Shown: in pieces, positions 23,260 through 36,800 of the stretch
How positions within the stretch are numbered: position 1 is the stretch's first letter
Layout: every line of letters starts with the position of its first letter
Assembly: GCA_002189035.1 (NCBI GenBank)
Contig: NEEC01000010.1
Coordinates: forward strand, 868,001 to 932,000
Direction: 5' to 3'
DNA length: 64,000 nt
Source of the DNA: Utricularia gibba
Taxonomy: Eukaryota > Plantae > Magnoliophyta
Notes under the pieces: model-generated
Told to the model about the DNA's origin: nothing
Seen by the model: only the letters and a program-made list of their open reading frames with translations
The model's database searches: none
Made by a program: the position numbers and the translations under genes

Positions 23260-25400
23260 TGATTACACGGGATCTCCCATGTCATCCTCATGTTGCATTG
23301 TCCGTATTTGCTCCAATAAATTCATCCCTACTTGAAGCATAGTTATGCTAGTGGTTGTATCCATGCAAATCTTCATCCTTGCCAATTCAATTGCGAAGTC
23401 TTCATGCACCACCACTCGGCATAGAGCATCCGCCATGACATTAGTATTGCTAGGGTTGTAATTTACCTCCAATTCAAAATCCTTAATCAGGTCTAACCAT
23501 CACCTTTACCGCAGGTTGAGCTCCTTCTGGGTAAACATGGACTTCAAGCTTTGATGATCCATAAACATCTTGCACCATGCTCCATACAAATAATGTCGCC
23601 ATACCTTCAATGCGTGCATGACCACAGCTAGCTCCTGATTGTTCATGGGATAATTCCTCTTGTGCAGCTTAAGTCATCGTGAGGCAAAGGCAATCAGATG
23701 TCCATCCTGCATTAATACCATGCCTAGACCCATACCACAAGCATCCGTATATACCGTGTAGTCCTTGCCTGACCATGGTAAGCGTAGAATAGGCAAGGTG
23801 GTGAGTTATTCCTTGAGTTGGTCGAATGAGCCTTGGCACTGCCCCGTCCATTCAAACTTGGCTTCCTTCCTTGTGAGGCTTCTTAGTAGTGTGGCGATTT
23901 TGGAATAGTCTTGTATAAACCGCTGATAGTATCCAGCCATTTCGAGGAAGCTTCGTACTTTGCCTGGATTTGCGGAACTGCCCATTGAACCACAACCTCA
24001 ACCTTATTTGGGTCGACCTCCACCCCTTTTCCGTTTGTAACGTCTCCTAGGAAGGAGATACTTTCCAAGTAGAACTCGCACTTGCTCATCTTTCCATATA
24101 GCTTTTTCTCACACATGCATTGCAATACCATCCTCAGGTGTTCATGGTGCGTCTCGATTTCAGGCGAGTATATCAGAATATCATCGATGAACTCGTAATG
24201 CCCATAGCATGTCCAAACACACGGTCTTCACAATATCCTCTTCCTTTATTTTCAGTTTGTGATACCCCGATCTTAAGTCTATCTTCGAGAATACTATTGT
24301 CTCACTTAGTTGCTCAAATAAGTCATCGATTTGGGATGGAGGGTACTTGTTCTTAACGGTGATCTTGTTGAGTACCATGCAATCTGTGCATAATCTCATT
24401 CTTCCATCCTTCTTCCGCATGAATAATACCGATGCACCCCAAAGAGAGTGACTAGGCCTGATGAATCCCTTTTCCTTCGGTACGTCTAGTTGCTTCCTAA
24501 GTTCCTTTACCTCGGTAGGGGCTAGGTGATAGGGTGCCTTGTAGATCGGTGCGGATCTGTCTACCAGTTCTATCCTAAAATCCAGCTCCCAGTTTGGCAT
24601 ATTCCCTGGTAGTTAATCCGGAAATATGTCCCTATACTTGTTCAATAAACCCCTGATTCATCCATCAGTCCCTGTTGGTGCGTCGACAACGTAAGGTAAC
24701 ACATACTAATCCCATTTGAGGCGTCATCCCTGTCTCGGCACATGCCCGTGCTTGCCTCATAATTCCATTGTGTCCACCCTTGTCTCGCCACTCGATAGAT
24801 CTCGTGCAGCATCCAATACACACGGAGTGTGCACTTAGCCAGTCCATCCCGAGTATGACATCAAACTCCACCATGTCCAGTAGTCTCAAATCTGCCTTGG
24901 TGGTTGATTCTCCTATACTCAATACAACCCCTGCACACAGTCCTGTTACGGCAAGCACACCCCCACCTGGAGTTCGTTCCCGGTACTTGGTGTCTCGTAA
25001 CTCCCGTAGCCCCACCCGTTTCCGTGCATGCTCTTGAGATGAATGAGTGTGTGGCACCTGTAATGGTGTTTGCGTCTTGCTCCTAGAGAGATTGAATACT
25101 TGTGGCTGGCCCGTGCCCGTGATGCAAGGCATGGCCGGGGCACCCTATCTTTCTGCTCCACCCATCTTCTTCAGACACTCTGGTGCAAGGTGTCCTTTCT
25201 CTCCATAGTGGAAGCATCCGCCCGTTAATAGGCAGCACTTTCTCGAATGCACTCTTCCACATGTTGCGCACAATGCACGCTTCGCGACATTTGGTTCGAT
25301 CGCACCTGGGTTTGCCTTGCGAGTTCCATCCATGTTCCTCTTTCCTAGCACCAAATCCCTCCTCTGTAATTCCATTTCCACCATAATTGTCGTTACGACC
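23260..25400 (-). mobile_element. Ty3/gypsy chromovirus (Tekay/Del-like) internal fragment: gag knuckle, protease, RT, RNase H; degenerate
   Basis: CFHYGEKGHLAPEC; LLDMVEFDVILGMDWLSAH; [15 protein letters not shown]...[11 protein letters not shown]; KCEFYLESISFLG; YTVYTDACGMGLG; ELAVVMHALKVWRHYLYG; VMADALCR. Confidence 0.92.
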
Positions 25401-25419
25401 AGTCCGCCAGTCGATGTTG

Positions 25420-26960
25420 TTAGGGTTTCGGGGTTTGATGTATTTCAGTTTACTTATATTATAATTCTCAGTAAAATGTGATATAATTGATTTTACTGGT
25501 AATTAAAAGAGATATAAAAATTATCTCACGAATATAAAACTTTGTAAGTAAACTAGATATTTCTCATGGAATGGAGAGAAAAAATATAACTTATTAATGA
25601 TTAATGGAAAAAATACTGTAAATTAATGTGTTTTACACTATGTGTTGATTAATTCCTCTTCTCTCCCTTTTGCAATGGAAAATCAAGATGAAGAACATCG
25701 CCAATCGAGCGAGCCGGAAGGTGACGTTCACGAAGGACCACCAGTGACTTTTCAAGAAAGCCGTGGAATGCAGCCTTCTCTGCAACACCAAGACAACCAT
25801 GAACCATCTATGCCAAGTCGCCTATCAGGAAGGTCTTCAAATTGAAGACCTTCCCGCTAGAGGACTTGGCGTAGATGGTGATCCCGGTGCCGTAGAGAAT
25901 GCTACATTTTCGTGGCTTTCTTGAAAAGTCCCAGGTGATGCTTCGTGAACGTCACCTGCTGCGATCGATAGGCGATTTTACTCATCTCTATTTTGCATCG
26001 CCCAAGTAGTATTCTTTTTTTGAAGGTGGGAATCCATTGCAAAAGGGAGGGAAAAGGAACTAATCAACTCATATCATTAATAAGTTATATTTTCTCCCTT
26101 AATTCCATTACAATGTTTTAAGTTCGTGAGATAATTTCTGTATCTCCTTTAATTACCAATAAAATACGTTATATCACCATTTATTATGAATTATAATACT
26201 AGTAACCCGACTTACGTAAAACCATTAACACCAACTCAATCCGTCTCCTCATATGTGCATATCCCACGCTCGTATGTGATTTCACAACCTGTTTTCACTG
26301 CACGGGCATGGGTTATGCATAAACAACGTTCGTGTGGCTTTTTGTAAGTGATACGACAATGTTCACATAAAAAACAACAATAATGTTTTATTTTTAACAT
26401 CACTGGTGTGAAGTTAATACACACGTTGGTTACACCTAACTCACCTTGGTAGTTTCATATTAGTTAAAAATAATTTAAACCCTTCGAGCTAAATCAGCAC
26501 GTAAGATCGAGCGCTGTGGGATTTTTTTTCCCGCAATTAATAACACGTAATTTATTCATTCGATTCAAATGCACCGTAAATATCGATCGCTACAGTCATA
26601 TTGTTCTTCCATTTACCGTTATCCAATCGATCCATACCCCCCGGTATTGTCGAAGGGTAACTACGGTTCCTCCAATCGATCCTTTTAGTTTAGTAACCTC
26701 GACCACACGCATGGATGCAATTGAGAAAATTCGCTTTGAAATACCAAATCCCACGGGAATACAGTCTTGAGATTGCGTCCAGTGGCAGGCACTGAGTTAA
26801 ATCTTAGATATGATATGACTATTTTTTATTTGATTTATATTTTACTTGATGTAAAATGAATACAATACTTCTTTGAATAAAAATTTTTATTTTTCAAATA
26901 CAATTGGTATGAAAAATATTAATAATGTTGAGTAGATCGGTGATATACCGTTTTCCCACA
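25420..26960. repeat. Family X head-to-head foldback centred at about 25840
   Basis: 25440-25840 and 25842-26230 are diverged inverted copies. The centre GGAAGGTCTTCAA-A-TTGAAGACCTTCC is a perfect 13-bp inverted repeat. The right arm continues to about 26960. Confidence 0.85.
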
Positions 26961-27196
26961 TCGAAAGCGACGTGTGGCTAATCCTATAAGGGGTAACCGT
27001 GGATTGTAGGGTTTACTTTAATTTATTTTAATTGTTTTATAAATTAATTTACTTCATTTCTAATACCCATAACTATTTTAATTACCATTAAAATACATCA
27101 AATAAAATAAATTTATCTATTTAAATAACTTATGGTGATTCTGCAAGTTCACAGAAACCGTCGAAGTAATAAAATAATATCGTATTCATAAGGAAT

Positions 27197-28231
27197 TGTT
27201 ATTGAAATTTTCTTTTCAAAATAAAGAGTTAAAAAGATTGGAAACAAAAGAAAGATTTGGTTTTTGAAGACAATAAGAAAAGTGGACTTGGATCTAAGAT
27301 CCACCTTACTTGAAACTCACCTTTGCGTGTGTGCAAACCTTGAAGACTAACCTGTTTGCGCAAGCTTTAAGGGTATTATGCTAAAGTAGTGCTACTCGGT
27401 GACCGTTTTAGCACCGTCCCTTGTTTTGTGAAATTATGGAATCAACCACGCCACAAGAGCCATTTCACCTCTTGTGATAACCCATGTTTTCCCTACACCC
27501 AAATCTAACCTCACATCTCACACCTCGCAGACAGATTAGACAGAATGTGCCTTACCAACGATGTCCGATTGAGCCCTTCTCCTTAGGTGCTTGAGGCTAA
27601 CTTTTGATTCTCCCACACTCCCTTAGGGTTATATGGTACTAAAGATCACGTTGGTAAAGAAAACGTTACGAAAAAAAGAATCAAACTTCAAATTAAATGC
27701 TGAAAAACATAGTAAGACAGTCACACGCGCAGAACTTGCACAAGCAATGCTTCACTGCAGATCCTCAGCTGCAAGCGCTCACACGCGCATGCTTGACTTT
27801 AAACAACAAAAGTTGATGAAAAACGAAAGGAAAGGAATCCAAAACATGCTAGACTCGACTCTAAACCCTAGATTGACTCTCTGGTCGTCCACCACTTGAC
27901 TCTCCTTTAGGTCTTTGCGTTTGGATTTTTATATAATGGTGGGGGTTTGTCGGGCTTTCTTGATGGGCTCATATCAAATCTTCTATCCGAATCTTTTAAG
28001 ATTTGATACAAATCTTCTAGGATAAGACCAACTTTTCTAAGATAAGATGCGAATCTTATCTTATCCGAGAATCTTTGACCGAGTCTTTATCCGGATAAAC
28101 CAAATCTTAGCCTTCATCAAAGTAGCTCGAAAATCCTCCAAATTATGCCAAAATTATCTTGAAAAATCACAAAACGTACTTTCCTTCCAAAAAGATCAAA
28201 GTGGTATGAAAGATATAAAATTCTTCTAACA
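27197..28231. repeat. Probable LTR-derived segment (about 1 kb), family unassigned
   Basis: TGTTA...TAACA candidate ends, TATA-like TATATAAAA on the minus strand, and dense TTATC/GATAA motifs; no matching TSD. Confidence 0.3.
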
Positions 28232-28689
28232 ACATAAGGAAAGTGGGATAAAAAGAATGCAAAATCTATCTAAGTGTATTCTAAAAAGCACAAATATAAG
28301 TGACACAAAATCACTTATCTATAACACATTACCCCTGGGTTATTTTAATCACCCACGTTAACCATGTCCAAATGCAGTACATTCAAAGTGTATAGTGTTT
28401 ACCTTTTCTTATTTTTCTTAATTTGTTATTGTATTTTATATTGACAAGATTTTTTTTTCCATTTATTCGTTTTTCAAATAAGTGGAAGTGTGACATATGA
28501 AATGAATTGTATAGATTTTTTTTTATCACATTCATATCTCATATTAATTTTATTGGTGATTTTTTTTAAAGATTAGGAACCAAATATAAAATTGGGGGTG
28601 GGCACTGGGCACAGAGCAGGGAAAGCAGTGCACGCTGCGACTGCGACGCAGTGCAATTTAATTATCATGGATATTAATGGAGACTGAGA

Positions 28690-29035
28690 GCACCCATTCC
28701 TCGTCCTCCCGCATTCATCGTGGTGCGGGTAAGTAACATGGTTATGAGTGCATCTTTCCCTCGTCCAATGGGGGTTACACGTAAGTCGGCCCAGTAATGT
28801 TATAATTCACGAGTTGGACCCCTGCCGAGCTATTTATAAAATCTTGACTCGCCGTATACGGGTTGACGGATTATGACTCTCAACTCGTCCCAAATAAGCA
28901 TAATAAAAATTTATAACTATGTATGTGTATGCAGTGCCCGGTAATTAGACAAACCATCTTAAAGAATTTTATATCCATTTTGTTAAACACAATGAATTTA
29001 AAATACGTTTGGGATATTCAGACTTAAGAATTTAA
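28690..29035 (+). repeat. Repeat module shared with 61120-61490 (probable internal part of family X)
   Basis: Collinear similarity, e.g. ccctgccgagctattta, gcccggtaattagacaaa.catcttaaagaatttt, ttcagactta.gaatttaat. Confidence 0.75.
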
Positions 29036-29104
29036 TTTCCAACATGAACGGTGAGAAGCAAATACACCAGTTGGTTATGCCTAAGCCACGTGTGTAGATT
29101 CGTG

Positions 29105-29760
29105 TAGAGGTGGGTTTGGTTCGAACCGAAACCGTCGGCTCCGGTTCGAAACGAAACCGTGGGTTCCGGTTCAATTCCATGAAATCAATGTCCGTACGGT
29201 TTCGATTCGGTAAGACATAATTGGAACTGTGGAATTGATGGTTCCGAATCGTGAACCGTACGGTTTGAATTAAAAAATTTAAAAAATTAAATGAATATAC
29301 ATGGTTTCATACATTTTTCACGAGGAGAGTGGGTGTCTAGAAAATCTTATTAAACACCTCTTTCCAGACACACTCATCAGAAATATGGGTGCCTGAAAAA
29401 TGGTTTCAAGCGCCCTCACAAAGACTTACATGAGCAGATGTGGGTTGGTCGAGGAATGGATTCTTCCTAGACACCCACGAGCCAATGCGGGTGTCTGAAA
29501 AAATATTTCCATTATCTATAAAAATAAATAATATTTTGATTTTAATTTGAAAAATGCACAATATTTACAAAAGTCACAAATTAAATTTTATATGATTTTT
29601 AATGTTATTGTATTTGTTTCAAAAAATTTAATTTTATCAAATGTATATTAAAATGTTAATAATTTAATTATTTTAATCATTTATTTTATTCATTTTTACA
29701 AATTATATTTATTTTAATTATATTTTATTAGAGTATTTGATTAAATAATTTAAATTAAGG
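29105..29760 (+). mobile_element. hAT-like non-autonomous element, 5' end (copy 2)
   Basis: TAGAGGTGGG start, GGTTC/GAACC subterminal repeats, and collinearity with 12675-13420 including the AT-rich block. Confidence 0.6.
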
Positions 29761-30149
29761 TATTTTATAAATTAATATAGTATATTATGATACATGATTT
29801 TGTGTCGTTTCAAAACATGTTCTTTCACTATTCTTGAGTGTTGTTTTTACTTATATTAGACCCCACTTTTTCATTATTCTCAATTGATTTTGCATCTTTT
29901 ACACTAATTTGATCTTTTTGGAGAGAAAGTGTATTTTGTGAATTTTTAGGATACTTTTAGATCAATTTGAGGAGAAATCAAGACTCACCAAATTATGGAC
30001 TTAATGGGCCACGAATCTCAATCCAAGACTCAGTCAAACGATGAACATTTGGTTCAAGATAGAGATATGAAGAAGATCTTTGAAGATTTATCCAATGGTT
30101 GAGAACGTGGGGTATTTATAGGAGATTTATCCAAGGGAATTCGTGGATA

Positions 30150-31571
30150 AGTTCATGGCTTCAATTCCAAATTAATTGCTGTTGTAGGAAAAGTAATGCA
30201 GTGCCCTCGGTAAGTATGATCGGGTGACTCATACTCTCCAATAGTCTTCTCTAAAATGTTTACAAGCTACTGATTTTTTGGTGGGTTGTCAGCCACCATC
30301 GCTATGCCTCTCAACTTAGCCTTTTCCTGATGTTGTTTGCACTTCTTTCTTAGTAATTTTGCTGTCCTCTTGATCCTCAAATCTAGGGGTTCAAGTGAAC
30401 CTACAGCAGAACATAAATGCATTAACAACATAGAAATTAACAAACACCATTCCCGGCAATGATGCCATTTTGATGAACGTTGGAATGTGTTTGCTAAATG
30501 TCACGGTCTAACACATTCAACTCATCAAAAGAAATTTATAAACCTAGCTATTCTACTACACAAATCATAGGAATTAATGTAGTGTGGTAAGTAAGAGTCG
30601 AATCCACAGGGAATGGTTGCAATTTCCTGAAGCCCTTTACATTTACTGAAAATAGGGGGTTTCTACGCATAAGACATAAAATAACAACAGTTGAGATGAA
30701 TAAGTTGTAGGGATGAAGAAGCACAAAAATTAACATGAATGTGCAGAAAACATAAAGTGAAAGTGACTTGGCTGAGTTTTACATTAGGATCTCACTCTTG
30801 TGTCATTCAAGAGAGCCATAGGCTTAAGCTCAATTTTAACACACTTAAAAACAGGGCAGAGGGTGCAGTAAACATGTTGAAACTTAAAACCAAACATGAA
30901 GAGCTTAAACATAAACAAGTTCATAAGCTAAGATAGAGTTCAACAAGAGATTTTTCGTTCACAACAAAGCATCAGAAACATAACAGAAAGCATAAACGCA
31001 GAAAGTAACGATGGCAAGTTCAACAACAAAAATGAAGTGCAGAAAATGAAAATAAAAGTATCAGGCTGCTTTTCTGGGTGTAGATTCGGTCTAAAAAACG
31101 CAGATATGAGGCTGATTGGAGCTGTTCGCCGGAGAAACATAGTTCTCCTTTCTCACGCTCCTCACTATTCTCTCTCTTCTTCCTCTTTCCTTTTCCCGTT
31201 CAAAGTAAGAGTATTTCCATCTTTTTCATGTGCTTTTAGAAGGAACATCTTTGCTCCACATCTTATCTTTTCAAAAAAAAGCTGCTTTCGGTGAAAAGTG
31301 GATTTTCTCAACTTTTCTACTCCTTTTGACTTGTCAACATGAAAAATGTGATGTCGATAATAACTCTTACCTTGTTAAGACTTAAACACAGACTAAAGGA
31401 AAAAATGAAAGTTTAAGGCTCAATTGTTGTCAATTGGGCTCGCTTTTACCATAAACACATTTCAACAAACTAAATACACAAAAGGATACAATTTAGCACA
31501 TTAAACAATATTTAACTCTACAAAACACACCTAAAAATACATATAAAAACACAATAAAAATAGTGTTATCA
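30150..31571 (-). mobile_element. Athila-like Ty3/gypsy 5' end: LTR (30471-31571), tRNA-Asp-type PBS (30450-30467), gag N-terminus
   Basis: LTR termini TGAT...ATCA; PBS TGGCATCATTGCCGGGAA resembles the Athila TGGCGCCGTTGCCGGGGA; minus-strand EPLDLRIKRTAKLLRK...KTIGEYESP...NLELKP. A second LTR copy lies at 61676. Confidence 0.85.
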
Positions 31572-31829
31572 AATTAACACGTAAGGTTCTCACAAAAATT
31601 AATATCATCGACATCACTTTTTTGCGAAACTAAAAATTTAGTAATTAACCAAGTCGAACAACGAGGAAGGTACCGATTGAGCACTATCTTGTTGTGTGTA
31701 GCTCAAGGTGTACACATGTTGGTTAAGCCTAACCTACATGAGCAGTTTTGAATTTTATTTTTTAAAAAATTAATCCATTCCATTTGTATCAACAAGGAAG
31801 ATTGGGCATTGTAGGATTTTTTTCAACGA

Positions 31830-32939
31830 GTAAAACCAGTGTGATTGATTTAATTCATTCTTATCTCCAGCCGACATATAAAGGATTTTCTAGGAAAAAA
31901 ATTGCTTTGATCGAGTTTAATATTTTTAAGCAAAAGTTGATTTCTGACTTTGATTCTTTGTCATGTAAGTTTGCTAACATGTGATATTTGGACCGGAGTC
32001 AATAATGAGAGCTTCATTGTTGTCACTTGTTCTTGGATTGATAATGAGTGGTATTTACAGAAAAAGATTTTAGCTTTCAAGCAATGAGAGCTTCCACATT
32101 CAGGTTCATCCATCTATAAGGTAAATTTGAATATTTGACGTGAATTTAAATTTTCTTCTCGAAATTTTTTAATTTCCTCAGATAATGCTTTAGTTAACAA
32201 TAATGCTATCTCTCTTTTGAAAGTAAGTTGTTTACCAATTTTGGATGGAATTTTTTTTCCATAATAGATGTATATGTCATATTTTCAATTTATGCATGCA
32301 AGACTGTTTGAATATTATGGATTATATTATTAAAACTTTTCGTGATATTGTTTTGCATCTTAGGCGCTCAGGTATTAGGAGAAATGAAATGAAACATTTA
32401 TGTTTGGAGCATAATTTACCTTTTAAATGTTTTTAACTTGATTGTAAGACTAGGTAGAATTCAACCTATGATATGTTGGCAATGTTGATTAGTTACAAGA
32501 TTCCTTTGATTCAATTTCAGAAGAAGAATATGAAGAAGGCGAATAGTATGAGGTAATAGGAGTTTGTGGTTATGTTTTGATTTTTATTTTCAAAGATTTG
32601 TATTATGGTAATTCTCTATCAAAAAGTGAGGGTAAATTAATAAAATGAGAGGCATAGTCCTCTTTTATATATTTTATAAAAATATTAATTTTATAATTAT
32701 TGCAATTTGAAACTAAAAATATGAACTAAAAAAATACATTTTTTTTAAAATATTGGATCGTCCATCGTGAACCTATTGATTGATATTCGGGCCATGGGTT
32801 GAGCCGGGTTTAATTAAAACCCATCCGACCCACATATAGGTCCAAACTAAATTTTGACCCGGAGGTTAGACCCGTTGGGCTGACAAACCCGCGGCGCCTG
32901 GCCCACAACCCGTTGGGCCCACCCCGTGCCCACCGCTAC
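31830..32939 (+). mobile_element. hAT transposase core pseudogene plus 3' terminal region
   Basis: TCDIWTGVNNESFIVVTCSWIDNEWYLQKKILAF...SDNA...FFHNRCICHIFNLCMQD...TR*NSTYDML; GGGCC/GACCC subterminal repeats 32780-32925; terminal GCCCACCGCTA (reverse complement TAGCGGTGGGC) at 32929-32939. Confidence 0.85.
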
Positions 32940-33280
32940 GGCACGTAATTTGTCCATTCGATCAAACTGCAGCGTAATTATGGAACGCTTTAGTCTGCAT
33001 TCCGCGAATTTCAGATGTATTATTTAATACATTCAAGCTACGTGGTGCGTGAGGATCGAGCGCTATACTCATGTTATCCTTATTTATGCGATTTCCCTTC
33101 AACACACCTTCCCCATACGGGCGTGGGATATGGCCCTATGAGGAGAGGGGGGGGGGGGGGGTTGCTGTTAAGGTTAGACGTATTTCAGTTTACGAATATT
33201 ATAATTCATAATAAATAGTGATATAGTGCATTTTACAGGTAATAAAAAGAGATGTAGAAATTCAGTTTACGAATATTATG
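32940..33280. repeat. Family X fragments next to the VPS13 3' end
   Basis: gatgtattatttaat, gatcgagcgct, catacgggcgtgggatatggcc and aaaagagatgtagaaatt modules match 5760-6200 and 26130-26600. Confidence 0.75.
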
Positions 33281-33845
33281 TTGTTTTGAAAAAAAAAAAC
33301 CCATTTAAAAAAGAAGTATAAATAGTACATAATTACAAGTAACCAACATGTCCCATGAAACATTTCCACATCATCATTACATCTTGTTCAAATACGCAGA
33401 AGCATTATATTAATTCTGGTAACAGCTGTTCTCCCAGGTTCCAGATTACTCATACTTGAAAACATGGTCGTTCCTTGGAGCAGAGACAAATTGAGCTATA
33501 CAGAAACTGGATTCGGGGTTCTATTTTTCTGAATGCATTTCATTTGACCAATCGCATCAAATCTTTAGAGTGAACAGAAGGACTAATCTCCGCATCCGGC
33601 CTACGGGGAAGTTCCTCTTCGGGGGATCTGCTCGCACGGTTGACGAGTCTTGTGTAATGCCGACAAGAAGTGTGTTGGTGTATGTATATACTGATGATCA
33701 AACAGGCAGATTTTACGCATTTTCGCCATGCTAAAATGGGGAGAGTGGGTGAAAGGGCTCACCAGTATTTCTTGTGGTTGGGCTGCTTGGCAGGTGAGCA
33801 AGCGCGCTTACGAGTCCCTTGAGCCTTCAGCTACCAGTGCCTGCA

Positions 33846-36800
33846 TCAATCAATGTGAAGGGCTCCTAGAGTCGAGCTAAAGGATACAGATGAAGGAAGC
33901 TGAGGGGAGACGCCAAATCCTCCTCTTGAATTTGGAGCATCGATGATGGGAGAGTATGGTTTTGTCACTTTCCTCCGCAGCAAGGCCTGGGCACCCAGAA
34001 TGTTAAAAATCATATTAGCTGGAACAGCTCCATAGGTAAAAATTTTCTTCATTCTTCTAACGTGAAAAGCAGAAAGATGAACCAAGTTCTGTTCCTAAGA
34101 CGAATGAGAACCATACCGTGGGCAGTCCGGATCTATATGTTGATCTTGCTAGCTCAATTGCATTATACACATCAAATGCTTGACTAGTATCTCGGGAACA
34201 CTTTATGGTGCGGGTTTGATCCTTTGCATCCACGGTTTTAATGTGGAAGTAGAGGAGAACCTGAGAAGGTGGCGCATGTGATGGATCTTTCTTCCCATGG
34301 ACAAGTTCCATCGTCGCCAGGTCGTCCCACATCATCTCCCAAAGTACTGAACATGGATCCCTGGCGGGGTTGAACTTTTTCTGTGCTATAAGGTTCGATG
34401 GTTGCTGAAACAGGTAAGAGAGTTGCGTCATGTGACAATTCATGCAGATTGCTAGGGTAGATATTCCTTGAAAACAGGATAAATTTGATCTCATTCACTT
34501 ACTTGCAACAGTATAACCCTTTGATTGGTGATTATAATGATTCGCCCTTTAGGAAGCATGAAATGGTCCTCGTAGGCATCCGTCGAGGCAAACTTACCAC
34601 GTACCTTAAACAGATCAACTTGACCAAAAAAAGAGCTTGATTCGGCTGTCTGCATTATGAACTGCATCACAATAAATAAAATTGTACCGTTTGAGTGCTA
34701 AATCAATATGAAAAAGAAGCCATTAAGGTCGATGTAGCCAAAAAATGATAGTGGTGCAACGAAGGAATGATTTTGAAGTAGAAAAATTCCTCTTTAAGAA
34801 CCATGACACAAATTATGTCATTAAAAAATGAAAGAACTTCAATTAACAGAGAAACTTTCTTCGAAACATTTCATCTTTGATGTTCCAATTTAAAACGTTT
34901 CACATAAAATGACTATGCCACATTTTGCTGAGGACACTAATTGTGGACGCTTATTACTTATACTGCATGTATTGCATAGGAAAACGAGACGTTTACCTGT
35001 CCTTGTGCCTTCCACTCATCATACGGCCTAAGCAAATGGTCACCACTGATTGCACGAGGTAGTCTTCGGCGAACAAGTTGATCTTCAGAAGCAATCGCTG
35101 AGGTTATTTTCATTCTCATCGCATTTGCACCCTCTGTAGTTTTTGATAGAAGATCAAGAACACCACTAACAGGTTGTGCAGCAGCACCTATCAAACCCTT
35201 TCCAACTCCCTGAACAAAGCCTTCAACACCTGATGCTTTTGCTCCTTCAAGTGGTTTTGTAAGAATGCCAGTAACTCCTCGGAAGAGGCCTTTAGCCAGG
35301 GCCCCTCCACCTTCTCGAATAACATCACCAAAATCCTCTACACCTTTGTTATCCTGAAATGTTGATGTTAAGTGGAAAATGAAACATTGTCAAGACATGT
35401 TAAAGTGAGAGAAATTGACAATACGGATAGAATGATGCTGTGAAGCGTATACAAAAATAGAAGAGAATACATTTACAGGAAGCTAGATAACATCCAACAA
35501 TTTTTCTCTCAGCTGAAAACCAAAGACACAACCATGGAAAATGCCAAAGACAGGAGCTTTCATATCGATGTTATCTTACTAAAAAGAAAATATTCAGCAT
35601 TTTCATATCCCGAATTCAAGAACATAGGAAGAGGACTCCCAAAAACTGCTTGGAAATATGTTTGGTCTTGAGATTGTTTTCCCTAAAAGGTGAAGACAGT
35701 TGCAACCATAAGCCCCAGCCAATAATGAATGTTCATGCTTCTTTGTTAACTTTGGCCACATTTTTTTTGGGAAGTAGGACCAACAGAATAAAATGAGAAT
35801 CAAAAAATGTGAATGTTAAAAGGGATGAGAAGCCATGATGCTAGGAGCTGTTTTATAAATACATGATAGTTATAGGAGTTCCTGTCCCCCAATAGGAAGA
35901 CATGACATAATCAAGTTATGCAGGTCAAGTCAGCTAATTCAACCACAAACGATATGAATGAGTAAACAAATGCCTAAATGAACGTGTCACGACCTTGCAG
36001 TTCAATTTATGGCATCACGAACCATTAGTACTTGGCACGTTGCCTAAGTTTAAATAAAAATGAAACTAAAATTCTAGTAAACTTTGGAAAACATTATAAT
36101 CCAGTTACATCAGACTGGCCACAAGAATGGCAGAACTTCTCACCTGCCTTTGCCGACCTTGTATGAATTTCTTGTCCATTGATAAAGCCGCAACACCTTT
36201 GCTCATGTGCCCAAGTGCACTACTTGCATTCCCCAAAATGTCAACCCCAGAGAGCAGCTGCAATGGCTGGCTGAGAATATCTTTTTTTATATTTGAGATA
36301 GCATTGCTGATGAGCACACTTTGCCTCATACAAACATTTTCTTGGAATCTCTGATTTATCCGAATCTGATTATGTAGGGCAAAGTCCATAATTAGCAACA
36401 TCTTAACAACATCAAGATATAATAATTAATCATATTGCAGAGAGAAGAATCAGGTGATATGTTTACCGGCATATTTTCAGTATTTCCAAGGGCAGTCATT
36501 AAGCTTGCCCAGAATCCAAGGACACCCACTGGTCGTTGAGTAGGAGACATTGCCATGGTTAATTTGAAGCGGACCTCTGATATACTAAGAACACTGCAAA
36601 ACAGAAGTGTTTTCTCAAGAAGATTACTGTGTATTAGATCACTTAGGGACATTGCATACTGCATACCCAATTTGAATGACTGGATCAACCGAAACAGATG
36701 TTGTCTGACTGCCAAAGTGTCTTGTGATATTTGCCTGCTGGATAAGCTCATGAATGCGCCAAATGATTGGTTCGTGAATATTTACAAAAAATGCAATGTT

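Noticed and set aside
21790-23260. GC-rich block (21790-22160) and LTR-like block (22520-23260) as defined elements
   Set aside because: No boundaries, TSDs or coding motifs could be supported; left unclassified.
28593-32939. One intact hAT element from TGGGGGTGGGCAC (28593) or TAGAGGTGGG (29105) to GCCCACCGCTA (32939)
   Set aside because: No 8-bp TSD for either pairing, and the subterminal motifs differ between the 29105 end and the 32939 end.
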